From contig OX597822.1 of NCBI GenBank assembly GCA_951406725.2, positions 56,482,001 to 56,546,000 of the forward strand: 64,000 nt of DNA. Direction: 5' to 3'. Both the position numbers and the translations under genes were made by a program. Positions 13,647 through 27,261 of the stretch are shown here, in pieces. This stretch comes from Octopus vulgaris. Lineage: Eukaryota. Each line of letters starts with the position of its first letter. The first letter of the stretch is position 1. Below the pieces are notes generated by a model. The model was not told the DNA's origin and ran no database searches. It saw only the letters and a program-made list of their open reading frames with translations.

Positions 13647-13989
13647 TTTACAAACACGTATATACATAAGCATTAACATATATGCATGTATGCAATAAAT
13701 TTACTACATATTGAATTCTGTATATGTATCCCTAAACTTATTTCCTCAGTAGAGATAGTTACTGACATAAATCCGTGACTTCTTTTTAATCTAATACTTC
13801 TTTAAGTCATTAGACAGTAGGCATGTTAGGGCATCCCCTTGAAAGATTTTGTCAACTCAATCCTAATACTAACTCTTTTGCCAAGCCAGGTACTTTTACT
13901 CACTTTCTCTGTTGCCCAATTGCTACGTTACGGGGACGTAAACAAACCAACACTAATTTTCAAGCATAGACATGAATTTTTGATTGATT

Positions 13990-14450
13990 CAGTTTCAACA
14001 CAGAACGGGAAAATTCCTAATGCTGTTAATCAGAGTGTGGCCAATCTTACCCAGAAATGGGCAGAGTGGAAGCTGTCCCTGAAAGGACGGGCAGAAGAAG
14101 CGAATGCCTACATCGCCTCCGTCAGCATTTATTGTCCGACCGTCGTGCCTTGCCCCAGTTACTGCTTGATTATGTTGGAGCGATTCTTGTTCATTTTCTA
14201 GTGGAAGAGACGCGCTCCAATGGTCAGGCAAAGCATGCCATGGCTTTTGATGCGCAGACATGTAACCACGTTGCGCCACCTGTAACGATTTCTTGACGGT
14301 GACCGTGTGTGAGCTCCGTTTGTGAGACACGTTTTGCCACAACTCATCACTTTGATGGAGCAACAGTCCTGAGTGAATGACAGACGTGACTGGGCGCCTT
14401 GCACCTAGAATGTCATTAGGTTCTCACAGTCCTCTATCAGACGGGCAATA
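13990..14450 (+). mobile_element. Tx1/L1-clade LINE ORF2 fragment
   Basis: LTQKWAEWKLSLKGRAEEANAYIAS..Y..LERFLFIF*W resembles the post-RT region of L1/Tx1. Confidence 0.7.
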
Positions 14451-14479
14451 GGATCTGTGGATATTACACTTTATCTATA

Positions 14480-16848
14480 CCAGCAGGCGTATCCGGCGTT
14501 GCCAGGGGCTATTTGTTAAGTATACGTGATCAGTATACTCTCCCACGAAGTAGAGCTGAAGAAACTAAGGCGAGGCATCGTCATGCGACAGCTGGGAACC
14601 AATTCTATGATAAATCTGCACCTGCAGATTAAAGGAAAGCATGAAATGCCCATATCGTATGATGTTGGCGCCGAAGGAAGTCATTTGGAACGTGCAGTTG
14701 TATGCACGTATCCGCTTAAGAAAGTCATGAGAATAAGGAGACGCCCTTGTCTAAAGATCACTCATAAGGGGTGGAGGATTTTGTAGAAGAGGTACTGTAA
14801 TATTACTGTTGGAGCAGCACATGACGGGAGTTTCTTCAGGCCATTTTTTAGCTCCACAAAATCGGCAGATTGTGGACACGTAGCCTATTTGAACGTGAGG
14901 GTGATTATTGTAGTCAATCGTAAGATCGTAGTTGAATGCTGTCATTGCCCAACGCGAGAAGAATGACCTTCAGCTCGTGAAACAGCAGTTGCGGAAGCAT
15001 CCCTTGTAAGTCGATCTACGCGTGGTGCTGCAGTATGTGCTGCTCGTACAGCCGCAGTTGAGGAAGCATCTCTTGTAAGTCGATCTGCACGTGGCGCTGC
15101 AGTCTCTGAAGCTCGTGCAGCAGCAGTTGAGGAAGCTTTTCTTGTTCGGAATGCTGAACGTTGTTCGTTGCTCTGGGCAGCTCGTTGTGCAGCAATACGG
15201 GCTAACCGATCACAACGCTGCTCTTCACTTTCCCTTCTTCGCGCTGAAGCCATCCTAAGTGCATTGAGAGAGTCCCTCCTGGCGGAGTCTCGGCAGAGTC
15301 ATTTGCATGCATACGTTTACTTTTCTTTGCAGCGTTTGTTTGGCGACCTATATTGGATCTTTTGCGTCGAGGCATGGTGGAAAATCTTCAGTTTACGCAA
15401 TAGAAAAAGTCCCAAGAAAAAAGCGGTGAATGTGTAGCACCCAAAAAATAGTAAAATGTAGTTGGCAAAGATGTTAATCAAACAGACCAAATTAAGGATT
15501 TTTAAATTTGGGTAAGAGTTTTGAAGTGGTTAGTTTAAGTTGGAATGATTATATGAAAAAGAGCGCTCACGTGAAAACAGAGGCAAATCGTAACTCACAG
15601 GACAGTGCAAGCAGTCGAGAAGTATAGATTTTTTTCCAGCTGGGTGTGTATCACGTTTTTTCGATGGCTCACGCCAAATCCTAGGTGAATTGAGAGTAGT
15701 CTATTGATGCTGGGGGCGCAGAATTTTGAGGAAAAAATTACCAGGAAAATCATCCTAAGTCAAAGAGATATTTCTTTATTAACCTATATAGGTTTTACAT
15801 AGAAGGGACGTTACAAGGACAGACAAGGGACATTCAGGGTACAAACTCGCTTCTTACATACAGTGTGAAAAACCGGATGGATTTACATATATTGTGAATG
15901 GGGGTTAAAAATATAAATATAAATGATGATCGGATGAGTCTTGGGTCCGGGTTAATGTGTTAACCCGCCGGTTGGTTATCCCTTTTTGGTAAACTCTTTC
16001 CTTCCTTTTATGCTCCGACCGACCGTGCAAGCACAGCCTCGTGCATTCTCATCTTTCCTACCATTGTCGTCCATCTTTTTCCAAAGGCTCTTTGCGGCAG
16101 GCTCCTCCTCTCCAGGCGGATCTTGCTGGACAGATGGGCAGCGAAGTAATTCACCAGCCCACGTCCGGAGATGAATTGACCTGTCACAATCCCTTTTGCT
16201 CGCGTCTTCCATACCACATCTTTCAGTATGGTTACTACGCAGAGAAAAGCTACCTTCTTTTCTTTGGCGAAAGAGGAAGGTAGTACAATCTTTATCATGG
16301 ACTCGGACGAGAGTCGTACTCTTTCCGCATCTAACAACAGCTGTTCGGCAAAGGTCATCAACTGCCTCAACTCCCTAAGTCAAAGAGAGCACACATGTCA
16401 AATTTGGTGAAATTCGGTTGAAATTGCTTTTAATATATAAGATTAAAGGCGTACCGTTGCATAGAAGAGGTGGGTTCAAAACCTAGGCGAATTGAGAGTA
16501 ATATATTTTGGTTGGGGGCGCGGAATTTTGAAGAAAAAATTATAAGTATCCTAAGTCAAAGAGAGCACACATCAAATTTGGTGAAATTCGGTTGAAAATT
16601 GTAGGAGTAGAATGGTTTACACAACACATATACACACACATACAATTGACGAGGTGGGTTCAAAACCTAGGCGAATTGAGAGTAGTCTAATTATGTTGGG
16701 GGCGCAGAATTTCGAAGAAAAATTATAAGAAAAATCATCCTAACTCAAAGAGAGTACTCATGTCAAATTTGGTGAAATTTGGTTGAAAATTGTAGGAGTA
16801 GAAGTGTTTCAAACAACTCACAGACAAGTTGCCTTTTAATATATAAGA
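14480..16848 (-). mobile_element. Internally deleted Helitron
   Basis: Minus-strand 5' A|TCTTATATATTAAAA at 16848 (second copy at 16442); 3' hairpin CTGGC-AAC-GCCGG then CTGG|T at 14480; Rep/Hel N-terminal remnants CRFCGAKKWPEETPVMCC..VPLLQNPPPL, YNCTFQMTSFGA and QIYHRIG; subterminal tandem repeats of about 190 bp. Confidence 0.8.
15769..16373 (-). mobile_element. Tx1/L1-like LINE 3' end nested in the Helitron, with 15-bp TSD
   Basis: ORF 16008-16370 (..ILKDVVWKTRAKG..); AATAAA near the 3' end; TSD CCTAAGTCAAAGAGA at 15754-15768 and 16374-16388. Confidence 0.75.
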
Positions 16849-17077
16849 TACAGAGAATTAGTATCGAGGAAGTGCAAAAAACGAACTGCTAGTCTGTCCC
16901 CATTGACATTCCGTCTGCCGCTACGTTCTGCCTTTAAATTCCACCAAGGTCAACTTTGCTTTCATCCTTGAGGATCGATAAAAAAGTACCAGTGAAACAT
17001 TGGGGTCTATGTAATCGACTAGCCCCCGGCCCCAAATTTCAGGTTTTGCACCTATAGTAGAAAGGATTATTATTATT

Positions 17078-17140
17078 ATAGCCTCGGGTCGACCAAAGCC
17101 TTGTGAGTGGATTTGGTACACGGAAACGGAAAGAAGCCTG

Positions 17141-17218
<78 letters not shown>

Positions 17219-17792
17219 GTATGTATGTATGTATATGTATGTATATATATATGTATGTGTGTATTTGTTATTTGTGTCTGTGTCTGTCATCCACCCACCC
17301 CACCCCAGAATCGCTTGACAACCAATGTTGGTGTGTTTACGTCCACGTCACTTAGCGGTTCGGCACAATAGACCAATAGAATAAGTACTAGGCTTACAAA
17401 CAATAAGTCCTGGAATCGAATTGCTCGACTAATGGTGGTGCTCCACCATGGCCACAGTCAAATGACTGACACAAGTAAAAGAATAAAAGGATTACTCTTT
17501 TACTTATTCTATCAGTCTCTTTTGTCGAACTGCAAAGTTACGGGGACTAAACACACCAGCATCGGTTGTCAAACGATGTTGGTGGGACAAACACAGACAC
17601 ACAAACACACACATACACACATATACATATACACGACGGGCTTCTTTCAGTTTCTGTCTATCAAATACACTCACAAGGATTTGGTCTGCCTGAAGCTTTA
17701 GTAGAAGACACTTAGCCAAGGTGCCACGCAGTGGGACTGAGCCCGGAACCATGTGATAAGCAAGCTACTTACCACACAGCCACTACTGCGCC
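17078..17792. mobile_element. Two tail-to-tail copies of the abundant tRNA-derived SINE family
   Basis: Same family as 24315-24712 and 58000-58405: a plus-strand partial copy at about 17078-17490 and a minus-strand copy at about 17510-17792. Confidence 0.75.
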
Positions 17793-17883
<91 letters not shown>

Positions 17884-18576
17884 TGTTTTTTCTTCTTTCA
17901 AATTTGCTTCAATTTCTTGCCGAGTGTCTTCCCGACTCCTAGGGCAAAGAAACTCATAGTATACATTGGTAGGCCATTAAACTAAACTCAATAGTTCGTT
18001 CATTTTTTTTTAAAGTTAAATTAAAATACATGGGTAGTAATAGTTCTCACATCGACAATGCTCTTCTCAATACGTGTGATGTACCAGTTAAGACAATCTT
18101 TTGCACTTCTTGTATGGATGGTAAGCCAGGGATCATTCTCATATAATTTTCGGTTCCCTTCTTGATCATTCCTAGTGCTCCTACGATCACTGGTATTGTA
18201 ACCGCCTTGAGATGCCACATTTTCTCAATTTCAATGAGTAGGTCTTTATATTTTCTGAGCTTGTCAAACTCTTTCGCCGAGATATTATGATCACAGGGGA
18301 TGCTCATGTCGATCAATAAGCAAACTTTATTGTTTTGGTCTTTCACAACAATATCTGGTTTATTGGCTTTGATGGTTCGGTCTGTATGTACTGGAAAGTC
18401 TCACAGAATCGTTACATTTTCTCCTTCAGTTACAGCTTCAGGGTGGTGACCACTTGTCGGCAGTTTTGATATTGTAATGCTGACTTATTAGCCAGTGTAG
18501 ATATTGGCCAACTCTGTCATGTCTTAATTTATACTCCACTGGTGCTAAGACTTTACATCCAGAGATTAGGATGGCC

Positions 18577-18577
<1 letters not shown>
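17884..18577 (-). mobile_element. R4/Dong-like RLE LINE 3' end inserted in (TAA)n
   Basis: ISGC..LA..EYKLRHDRVG, KPDIVV (restriction-like endonuclease), LIDMSIP...KYKDL..EI..MW...IPVIVGALG; (ATT)n on both sides. Confidence 0.85.
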
Positions 18578-18628
<51 letters not shown>

Positions 18629-18934
18629 TATTATTATTCATTTTGTTCATCATGTACAAGTGCATAATGAACAAAGTGAATAACAACAATGATCCCAGGT
18701 GACGCACATTCAATCGCCCCACACTCAGCACAGGGTTGCCCATTTACAGCTGAGTGAACGAGAGCAGCGTCAAATGGATTGTTTTGGTTAAGAACAACAG
18801 CCGCTGGTCTGGCATTCGAAACCATGACCCTGTGTTCATGAGGGCAACACTATAATCCCGAGGTCACGCACCTTCACAGGCATACATACATGCATACATA
18901 CTAACATACATACATACTGTATGCATTACAGTGA

Positions 18935-19222
18935 AGGTGTGTCTCTTAGTGGTTAGGGGCATTCAGCTCATGATCGTAAGGTTGTGAGTTCAATTCCTGG
19001 CGGTGTGTTATGTCCTTGAGCAAGACACTTTACTTCACGTTGCTCCAGTCCACTCAGCTGGCAAAAATGTGTAGTACCTGTATTTCAAAAGGCTACCCTT
19101 GTTACACTCTGTGTCACACTGAATCTCCCCAAAAACTAAGTTAAGGGTACACGTGTTTGTGGAGTGCTCAGCCACTTACATGTTAATTTCACGAGCAAAC
19201 AGTTCTGTTGATCGTATCAGCT
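18935..19222 (+). mobile_element. tRNA-derived SINE (second family; also about 25200-25480 minus and 36780-37070 plus)
   Basis: A-box-like TAGTGGTTAGG, B-box GAGTTCAATTCC, shared body TGTCCTTGAGCAAGACACTT...CAGCTGGCAAAAATG. Confidence 0.7.
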
Positions 19223-19842
19223 CCTATGTATTACAATACACAAAAATGAAATTAGCGTAACAACAGAATACCTCTTTGATACTAATGTTGCTATGTGATT
19301 TCTCTTTATCATTCATTCATTCATTCATTCATGCATACATAAATACATACATACCTACAGTATGTATGATAAAGAAAACACTATAAATTGTGAGGGAGAA
19401 ATCCCATAGAATCAATAGTGTCAAGGAGATATGCGGTGGTTATGTTAATGTTATTTTTACATATTGTAATAGACACATTAACACATGGACAAGTAGACAC
19501 AGGATTTATCAAGTTAATACTACAATACACACACCATAGACATATTACACTTAATGGATGCTAGGAAAACATTACAACACAAATATTCAACTGCTTTATC
19601 ATCTATATTATATTTGTTTTAGTCACTGTCAAATAGTCATGCTCGGGGGCCACCTTGCAGGATTTAGTTGAATTAATGAACCCCATTAATTTCCTTTTTT
19701 TATCTTGGTACTAAATCCATTGGTTCCTATTAGTCAAAATGCTAAATTACGGAGATTTGCAACAACAGTTGTCAAGCGGTGGTGCAGGTCAAACAAATCA
19801 CACATACACATATATAAAAATATATATGTGTACATACATATA

Positions 19843-22580
19843 TATGTACGCATGATACCCTAAGGTCCAATCTATCATTAATTAGGTTGCACTTATCTTT
19901 ATGCTTAAAAATTTCCTATGTTTCCATAGACAATATCTGTGCTCTATGGAAACAAAATTTTTAAGCATAAAGATAAAGGCAACCTGATTGATAATGGATT
20001 AGACCTTAGGGTGTTATGCGTACATAGTGTCACCTGTACTTTCAAATATTTTTGAAAGTAGCACTTTCTAGGTCTATGAATTGTATTGATTTTGATGGAT
20101 ACTTAGTTTTAATATTTTTAATCCGAAACTAAAGCAAATAGCACATATTACAATATAATAAATGCTATATAGTATAGTAAGTTAGTGTGCTAAATAGAGT
20201 TAGTATACTATCCATATGAATTTTTCCTGCTTAGTTGATCAAATTTCATCATGGTTTTAGTAATTATTTTATTTATCTCTTTCTTAAAGTATTCCACCCT
20301 CCTGATCTTAGTAGTTATAAGAGCCTTTATGTAAATAGCCCTTCTAATTAAGTACCCCTATGAAACTACAATATCATGTTTGGATTAACATACAAAAACT
20401 TTTAAAACCTATAATATACCCCTTAGTTTATAATTAGTATATAGTTAGCATGTCCTATAACATCAATATTCCTTTAGCTAATACCAGGCATCAGACTTTA
20501 TTGATATAAGCTAAATAAATAAATAAACAATTTTTAGTTTAAATACTTGAATTATTATACATTTTCTATAAGTCTTCTCTATTGATGTTAATAAGGTATA
20601 TATACTTCATCATGGTTTTATAGTGATTAAGCTATTTTATTCTTTTTCTATGGTGTTCTAGCCTACCCGATCATTTTATTATTTTATGATAGCCTTTATG
20701 AAAAAAACCTAATTTATAAATTCCTATCTAGCTTATATAAAACAATACCGGTATCTTCACAACTTAAAATAAACTGCTTAGACAATAATTCAATTAATAT
20801 ATAGTTAGCATGTTCTTTTGCTTCAGTACTCCTTTATTAAATACCAGTAAATGCCAATGATCAATCTTCATAGATACCATTTGATATGTAAGTATTTAAG
20901 TATTTAATATGTATAAATATTAAACTTTTTCTATGTAATTTCTTTTCCTCCGTCTATTGTGGTAAAATTTGGTATATACTCAAAAGCATTCAAAAAATAT
21001 GTTATCCTCTTGTTATAATATTCTTCTTAATAATCTTCTTGATAACCCTAAATTTTAACTTTACACAATATGGCAATATTGCTTAAAATGGTATTAGTAA
21101 TTACTTTATTCATCCCTTTCTTAAATTGTTCCACGTTCCTGATCTTAGTATTTATAAGAGCTTTTATGTAAATAGCCCTTCTAATTAAGAACCCCTAAGA
21201 AACTATATCAAGTATGGATTAACACTAATAACTTTTAAAACCTATAATATACCCCTTAGTTTATAATTAGTATATAGTTAGCATGTCCTATAACATCAAT
21301 ATTCCTTTAGCTAATACCAGGCATCAGACTTTATTGATATAAGCTAAATAAGTAAATAAACAATTTTTAGTTCAAATACTTGAATTATTATACATTTTCT
21401 ATAAGTCTTCTCTATTGATGTTAATAAAGTATATATACTTCATCATGGTTTAGTGATTAAGCTATTTTATTCCTTTTCTATGGTGTTCTGCCCTACCCAA
21501 TCATTTTATTAATTTATAATAGCCTTTATAAAATAAACCTAATTTTTGTACCTCCATAAATTTATATTTGGCTTATATAAAACAATACCGGTATCTTCAC
21601 AACTTAAAATAAACTGCTTAGATTATAATTTAATTAATATATACTTAGCATGTTCTTTTGCCTCAGTACTCCTTTATTAAATACCAGTAAAGGCCAATGA
21701 TCAATCTTCATAGACACCATCTAGTAAGTTAATATTTAAGTATATAATATGTATAAATATTAAACTTTTTCTATGTAATTTCTTTTCCTCCGTCTATTGT
21801 GGTAAAATTTGGTATATACTCAAAAGCATCCAAAAGAATATTTTATCCTTTTGTTATAATATTCTTCTTAATAATTTTCTGAATAACCCTAAATTTTAAC
21901 TTTATAACGAGATGGCAATATTGTTTAAAATATCTAACTATAGTACCCCATGATAAAATTTGCCCTGTATTATCATCATTGGCCCTTTAATTGTCAGCTA
22001 CTCTTGATTTAAGATTTCCTCATTATATCGCTTCAAATTAATCTTGATAGTTTTATGACTATACGCACTATGATTTCTGTTGACTTCCTCAGCCCCTTTC
22101 CTAACAGACACTGCTCCTTGTTCTTTGGCCTTAGCTTTTTATATAGAAAGATTTGGTAAACAGGACTATAAATTAAAACTGACCCTACAAACCACTGACA
22201 AGCTGGATCTCAAACAAGTCTTTCTTCCTGATACCTTAGTAGCTTCTAAGCTGAAGTGAAGACAGTATGTTCTTTGCCTCCTTACATTCTTGGAGGTTTT
22301 AGGTAAAATTATAGTAATGTGTCTATCTGTTTTAATTTAAATTAATTCTATGTATTTATGCAGCTGAGGATTGCTCTTCATTTAAATCGGTGCAATGGTT
22401 GCATTGTTCAATTAAATGTAGTTGCTTGAAACAACTGTACCGCATTACCTCTGAAAATCCTGTAACTTATTTTGATTTTAATCATCTTATTTTGAAACTG
22501 TTTGTATAATACCATACTAAAGTCTAGTGCTTCAACATGAGTACCTAATTCATCTGAATCTAAATTTTTGCTTAAGTCAC
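19843..22580 (+). repeat. AT-rich non-coding repeat element with a terminal fold-back, an internal tandem duplication of about 835 bp and a 3' hammerhead-like motif
   Basis: Palindrome 19843-20026; 20260-21089 repeated at 21096-21931; hammerhead-like motif at 22358-22445; flanked by CA/TA microsatellites. A single-unit copy lies at about 37520-39360. Confidence 0.6.
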
Positions 22581-22584
22581 ACAC

Positions 22585-22665
<81 letters not shown>

Positions 22666-22769
22666 TATGTATGTATACATGTATATCTATAAATACATAT
22701 ATATGCATATATATATATATGTATATGTGCACATATATGTATATATACCTATAGCATACAACGGGCTAT

Positions 22770-24010
22770 AAAAATACCCATACAACAACTTACGACAACC
22801 CAAGGAAGAGGAAAACAAGAACAAGTCATACCATTCATAGTGACACACAACCCATGTCACCAGAATATCTTCAACATTGCCAAAGCAAACCTACCAATCA
22901 TTGCCCAAAGTAATGAATTAAAAGACATAATCACGGATCGAGCTATGGTTCTTAGTAAAAGACAGCCTAAAAACTTTTAAAAATTACTAACAAAGGCAAA
23001 ATGTGACCTTAGCAACAAAGACCAAACATTCACTGTATCAAAATGCAATGATAGTCGTTGTGGCACATGCCAATTCATACATACCGGCCAATAAATATAA
23101 ATACAAAAACCGGGAAAATATTCACAAACGCGAATATGAACTGCAAAAGCAGAAATTTAATTTACTGCATCAAATGCTCAAATTGTGAAGAAATATATGT
23201 AGGTCAGACGGGAAATGCACTATCAGAACACTCACGTGTACACCGACAACAGATTAGAGACCCAGAGGTCTGTCAGATACCTTTGAGAAACCACCTAGCA
23301 ACATGTGGTCGGAAAATATATATAATATTTCCATTCTACAAATTACACAGCCCAAGTGAAATCGAGAGGAAAATCAGAGAAAAGAATTTTATTGATAAAT
23401 TCGAACCCAAGCTAAATAAGCAATAATAATAATACCTAGATAGCAGGAAAATTATCTTATTTAGGGTTAAAAGTTCTATTGCCACCACCATCACCACTAG
23501 CAACAATAATTAAGGTGCTGACAATGATGATGATGACAATTGAAATATAAAAATCTCTGACAAAGGCTATTTACAACATTTCTAAAAATAGCCCAACAAT
23601 TGCTGCCTCACCCAGGGTTAAGATACAGGACTCTTGACATGTTCCACAAAGCGTGACGCCTAAAACAATCAGCTCAACCAGCCAATCAGCTTAAGTAATT
23701 GAGTGATACTACACACTAACTGGTCAGAATACAGTTTGCAAAACCTAGCAATCTGGAGCCTACCCAGCTGTATTTAAGGCACAGATTCAATCATCTCGCC
23801 ACAGTCAAAAATTGTGAAGCATGACTGTCACCACTACTACATGAACCTGAAGATTGCAGAATTTAATGCATGAAAGTACTAGTTCAATCAGAATGAACAT
23901 TTAACATTCTACTATTTTATTTTATTCTATTATAATATATTATCTTATAATATATCATTATAAGATTGTAAATAAAACGTGAAAATCAGACAAGGTTGAA
24001 ATTCCTTTTA
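22770..24010 (+). mobile_element. Penelope-like element 3' part (GIY-YIG) with 3' repeat
   Basis: IPFIVTHNP, LSKRQPKN, MNCKSRNLIYCIKCSNCEEIYVGQTGNALSEHSRVHRQQIR..HL..C..REKNFIDKFEPKLN. Confidence 0.85.
23842..23886 (+). ncRNA. Minimal type I hammerhead ribozyme (Penelope-associated)
   Basis: tgaac CUGAAGA ttgca-gaatttaa-tgcat GAAA gtac UA gttca: perfect 5-bp stem I, intact core, palindromic stem III (AGTACT), CUA cleavage triplet. Confidence 0.8.
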
Positions 24011-24146
24011 TTAATATATTCTTCTATACACAATCACACACACCCATATATATATATGTATATATACATATATATGTATATACATACATATGTATATATA
24101 CATATATATACACACACATTTATCTATGTATGAATACATATATGTG

Positions 24147-24242
<96 letters not shown>

Positions 24243-24269
24243 TAGATAGATTTATATATAGATACATAT

Positions 24270-24308
<39 letters not shown>

Positions 24309-24314
24309 CTCTCT

Positions 24315-24712
24315 TTTTTTACTCTTTTACTTGTTTCAGTCATTTGACTGCGGCCATGCTGGAGCACCGCCTTTAGTCGAGCAACTCGACCCCGGGACTT
24401 ATTCATTGCAAGCCTAGTACTTATTCTATCGGTCTCTTTTGCCGAACCGCTAAGTGACAGAGACGTAAACACACCAGCATCGGTTGTCAAGCAATGCTAG
24501 GGGGACAAACACAGACACACAAACACACACATATATATATACATATATACGACGGGCTTCTTTCAGTTTCCGTCTACCAAATCCACTCACAAGGCTTTGG
24601 TCGGCCCGAGGCTATAGTAGAAGACACTTGCCCAAGGTGCCACGCAGTGGGACTGAACCCGGAACCATGTGGTTAGTAAGCAAGCTACTTACCACACAGC
24701 CACTCCTGCGCC
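24315..24712 (-). mobile_element. Full-length tRNA-derived SINE
   Basis: Head GGCGCAGGAGTGGCTGTGTGGTAAG...GGGTTCAGTCCC, internal microsatellite, tail ...GACTGAAACAAGTAAAAGAG. Confidence 0.82.
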
Positions 24713-25024
24713 TATATATATATATATATAAGCATATATATATATATGTATGTGTATCTGTGTATGAGTATATATGCATGTATATATGTGAGATAATAGT
24801 TTCAGTATTAATAGTGATGCATGGACCCTATGTAAGGCTTGTGCAAAATTTGAATGAAATCGGTTGGGTAGTTCTCGAGTTTTATTGGTGCACACGTACA
24901 GACATACACATAGATAGACAGACACACACACACACACACATTCTCAGTTTTATACACATAGCTATATATATCCGAGATCTAATATAGTACATATATATGT
25001 ATATATGTATGCATGTATATGTAC

Positions 25025-25076
<52 letters not shown>

Positions 25077-25117
25077 ATGTATGTACATATATATATATGT
25101 ATATATATATATGTGTA

Positions 25118-25199
<82 letters not shown>

Positions 25200-25499
25200 C
25201 ACGCCTTCGGTTACGACGATGAAGATTCCAGCTGATACGATCAAACGGAACAGCTTGCTCATGAAATTAACGTGCAAGTGGCTGAGCATTCCACAGGCAC
25301 GTGCACCCTTAACGTAGTTCTCAGGGAAATTTAGCGTGACACAGAGTGTGATAAGGGTGGCCCTTTGAAATACAGGTACTACTCATTTTTGCCAGCTGAA
25401 TGGACTGGTGCAACGTGAAATAAAGTATCTTGCTCAAAGACATAACACGTCGCCGGCAATTGAACACATGACCTTACTAAGCCAAGTGCATTCATATAT

Positions 25500-25973
25500 G
25501 TATTTCACAAAGGACCCGTTCGATATATGTTTTTTCCTCGAGTTTTTTCGAGTGCATTCAACGTGTCTGACCTCTAAACACGCCGCAAGCCACTTTTTTT
25601 TCCATAAAAGAAAAGTGCCTCTCGGAGTTTCTCACCACCGGAGTTTCGTGGGTTTTTGTTTTTCTCTTCCAGGTTATTTCGCATACTTTCAACGAATGTG
25701 ACATCGAAATCACGCGTAAAGAGTTCCTTTCCTCAGAAAAAGGAAAGATTTGGTTGCTATTTCTAGCACGCCCTACTACCACGCAACAGCTTTCTTTGCG
25801 TTAAAGGACCTACCGATATTTCGCTGTGAAATATTTATACGCCCCATCCCTTTCTTTTCCAGGTTTGGAGATCAGATATGCGGGTTTGGAGATCAGATAT
25901 GTTGAATGCGCTCGAAACAACCTGTGGAAAAACTATTTCATACCTAGGTACGAATGGGTCCTTTACGAAATAT
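25500..25973. mobile_element. MITE-like element with about 22-bp inverted termini
   Basis: TATTTCACAAAGGACCCGTTCG ... CGAATGGGTCCTTTACGAAATA; truncated mirror copy at 36465-36770. Confidence 0.5.
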
Positions 25974-26332
25974 TTACTCATGGTTATTTACTGATACATA
26001 AATACACTGGCACAGCATTTTTATTTGACCATTCAGCCTTTCTAACATTTTATCTATGTACTAGTGTACACAAATACACTGGTACAGAAGATTGTAAACA
26101 ATGAAAGTAGTTGTAATAATTTTTTTGTGTACCAGACATCGTTACAACGGTAAACGCTACACAGAATGGTTGACAGAATGAAGAGAGAATATTAGAGATG
26201 TGTTGTCGTCGTCATCGTATAAAATGTCCTTTACTATCTCATAAGTAACGAACACACAAGCACACACACACACACACACACACAAACACATATACGCTCA
26301 TATACAAAATGTGACGTCGTCGTTGTGGTGTA

Positions 26333-26368
<36 letters not shown>

Positions 26369-26420
26369 ATGTATGTATGTATGTATGTATGTATGTATGT
26401 ATGTATGTATGTTTATAAAT

Positions 26421-27240
26421 ATTGGGTCATCCCATAAACAATGCGGTTTTCTCACTTGCATGAACTAAAAGTCGGAGGAGACCGGGATAAATACCTGCAT
26501 CAACTTGCTATAAAAGCAGATAATAATATTACATTGTCCTTATTCATAGTAGAAGTTTTGAAGAGTGCAGTTCAATTTTGACAGTTATTTTTTCAAAGCT
26601 ATAATAAAAGTGACAAAGGAGCATATTCGGCATATTTTGCTTTATGAGTTCAATAACGGCAACAACGCAACGGAAAGTGCGTATATAGGGATCGGACAGT
26701 AAGCGTAAGCCAGTCTCAACGGTGGTTCCAGAAATTCCGAGCCGTAAAATACAGCCTAGAAGACGAGCCTTGTCCTGGAATATCTGTAGAGCTTGACGAG
26801 GACGTCCTACAAACCCTGGTGGAATAAAATTCCAACGTAACTGTTGAGGAACTAACAGAGAAGCTTGGATCTGGTCATTCAACCAGTCATTCAAGTCAGC
26901 GCTAGAAAAAAAACGACCATCTTTGGGGTTTCACGACGAAAGGTGTTCTTACATCAGGATAATGCTCAGCCACATACAGCGAGGATGACATCCAAAGGCT
27001 AAAGCAGTTTGAATGGGAAAGGATGTCTCAGCCATCATATTCGTCAGACATTGCCCCATCTAATAATCATATTCCGCAGTCTTAAAAAATCATTTGAATG
27101 GTTAAAAATATGAATTATGTAGACAATGCCAAAACAGTAATAGAGAAGTATTTTTCGTTACGAACAAGTGGGTTTGGGAAGGGGGAACTTGCAAATGTAG
27201 AAAATGAAGGAGAGTATATTTTAGATTAAATAAAACTTTG
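26421..27240 (+). mobile_element. Degraded mariner element
   Basis: TA-TTGGGTCATCCCATAA terminus; remnants EHIRHILLYEF, RWFQKFR, VLLHQDNAQPHT, SYSSDIAPSN. Confidence 0.75.
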
Positions 27241-27261
27241 CTTAACTATATATATATATAT

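Noticed and set aside
15680-16810. Regularly spaced repeats resembling an array
   Set aside because: They are Helitron subterminal tandem repeats in a eukaryotic context, with no unique spacers or cas genes, so not CRISPR.
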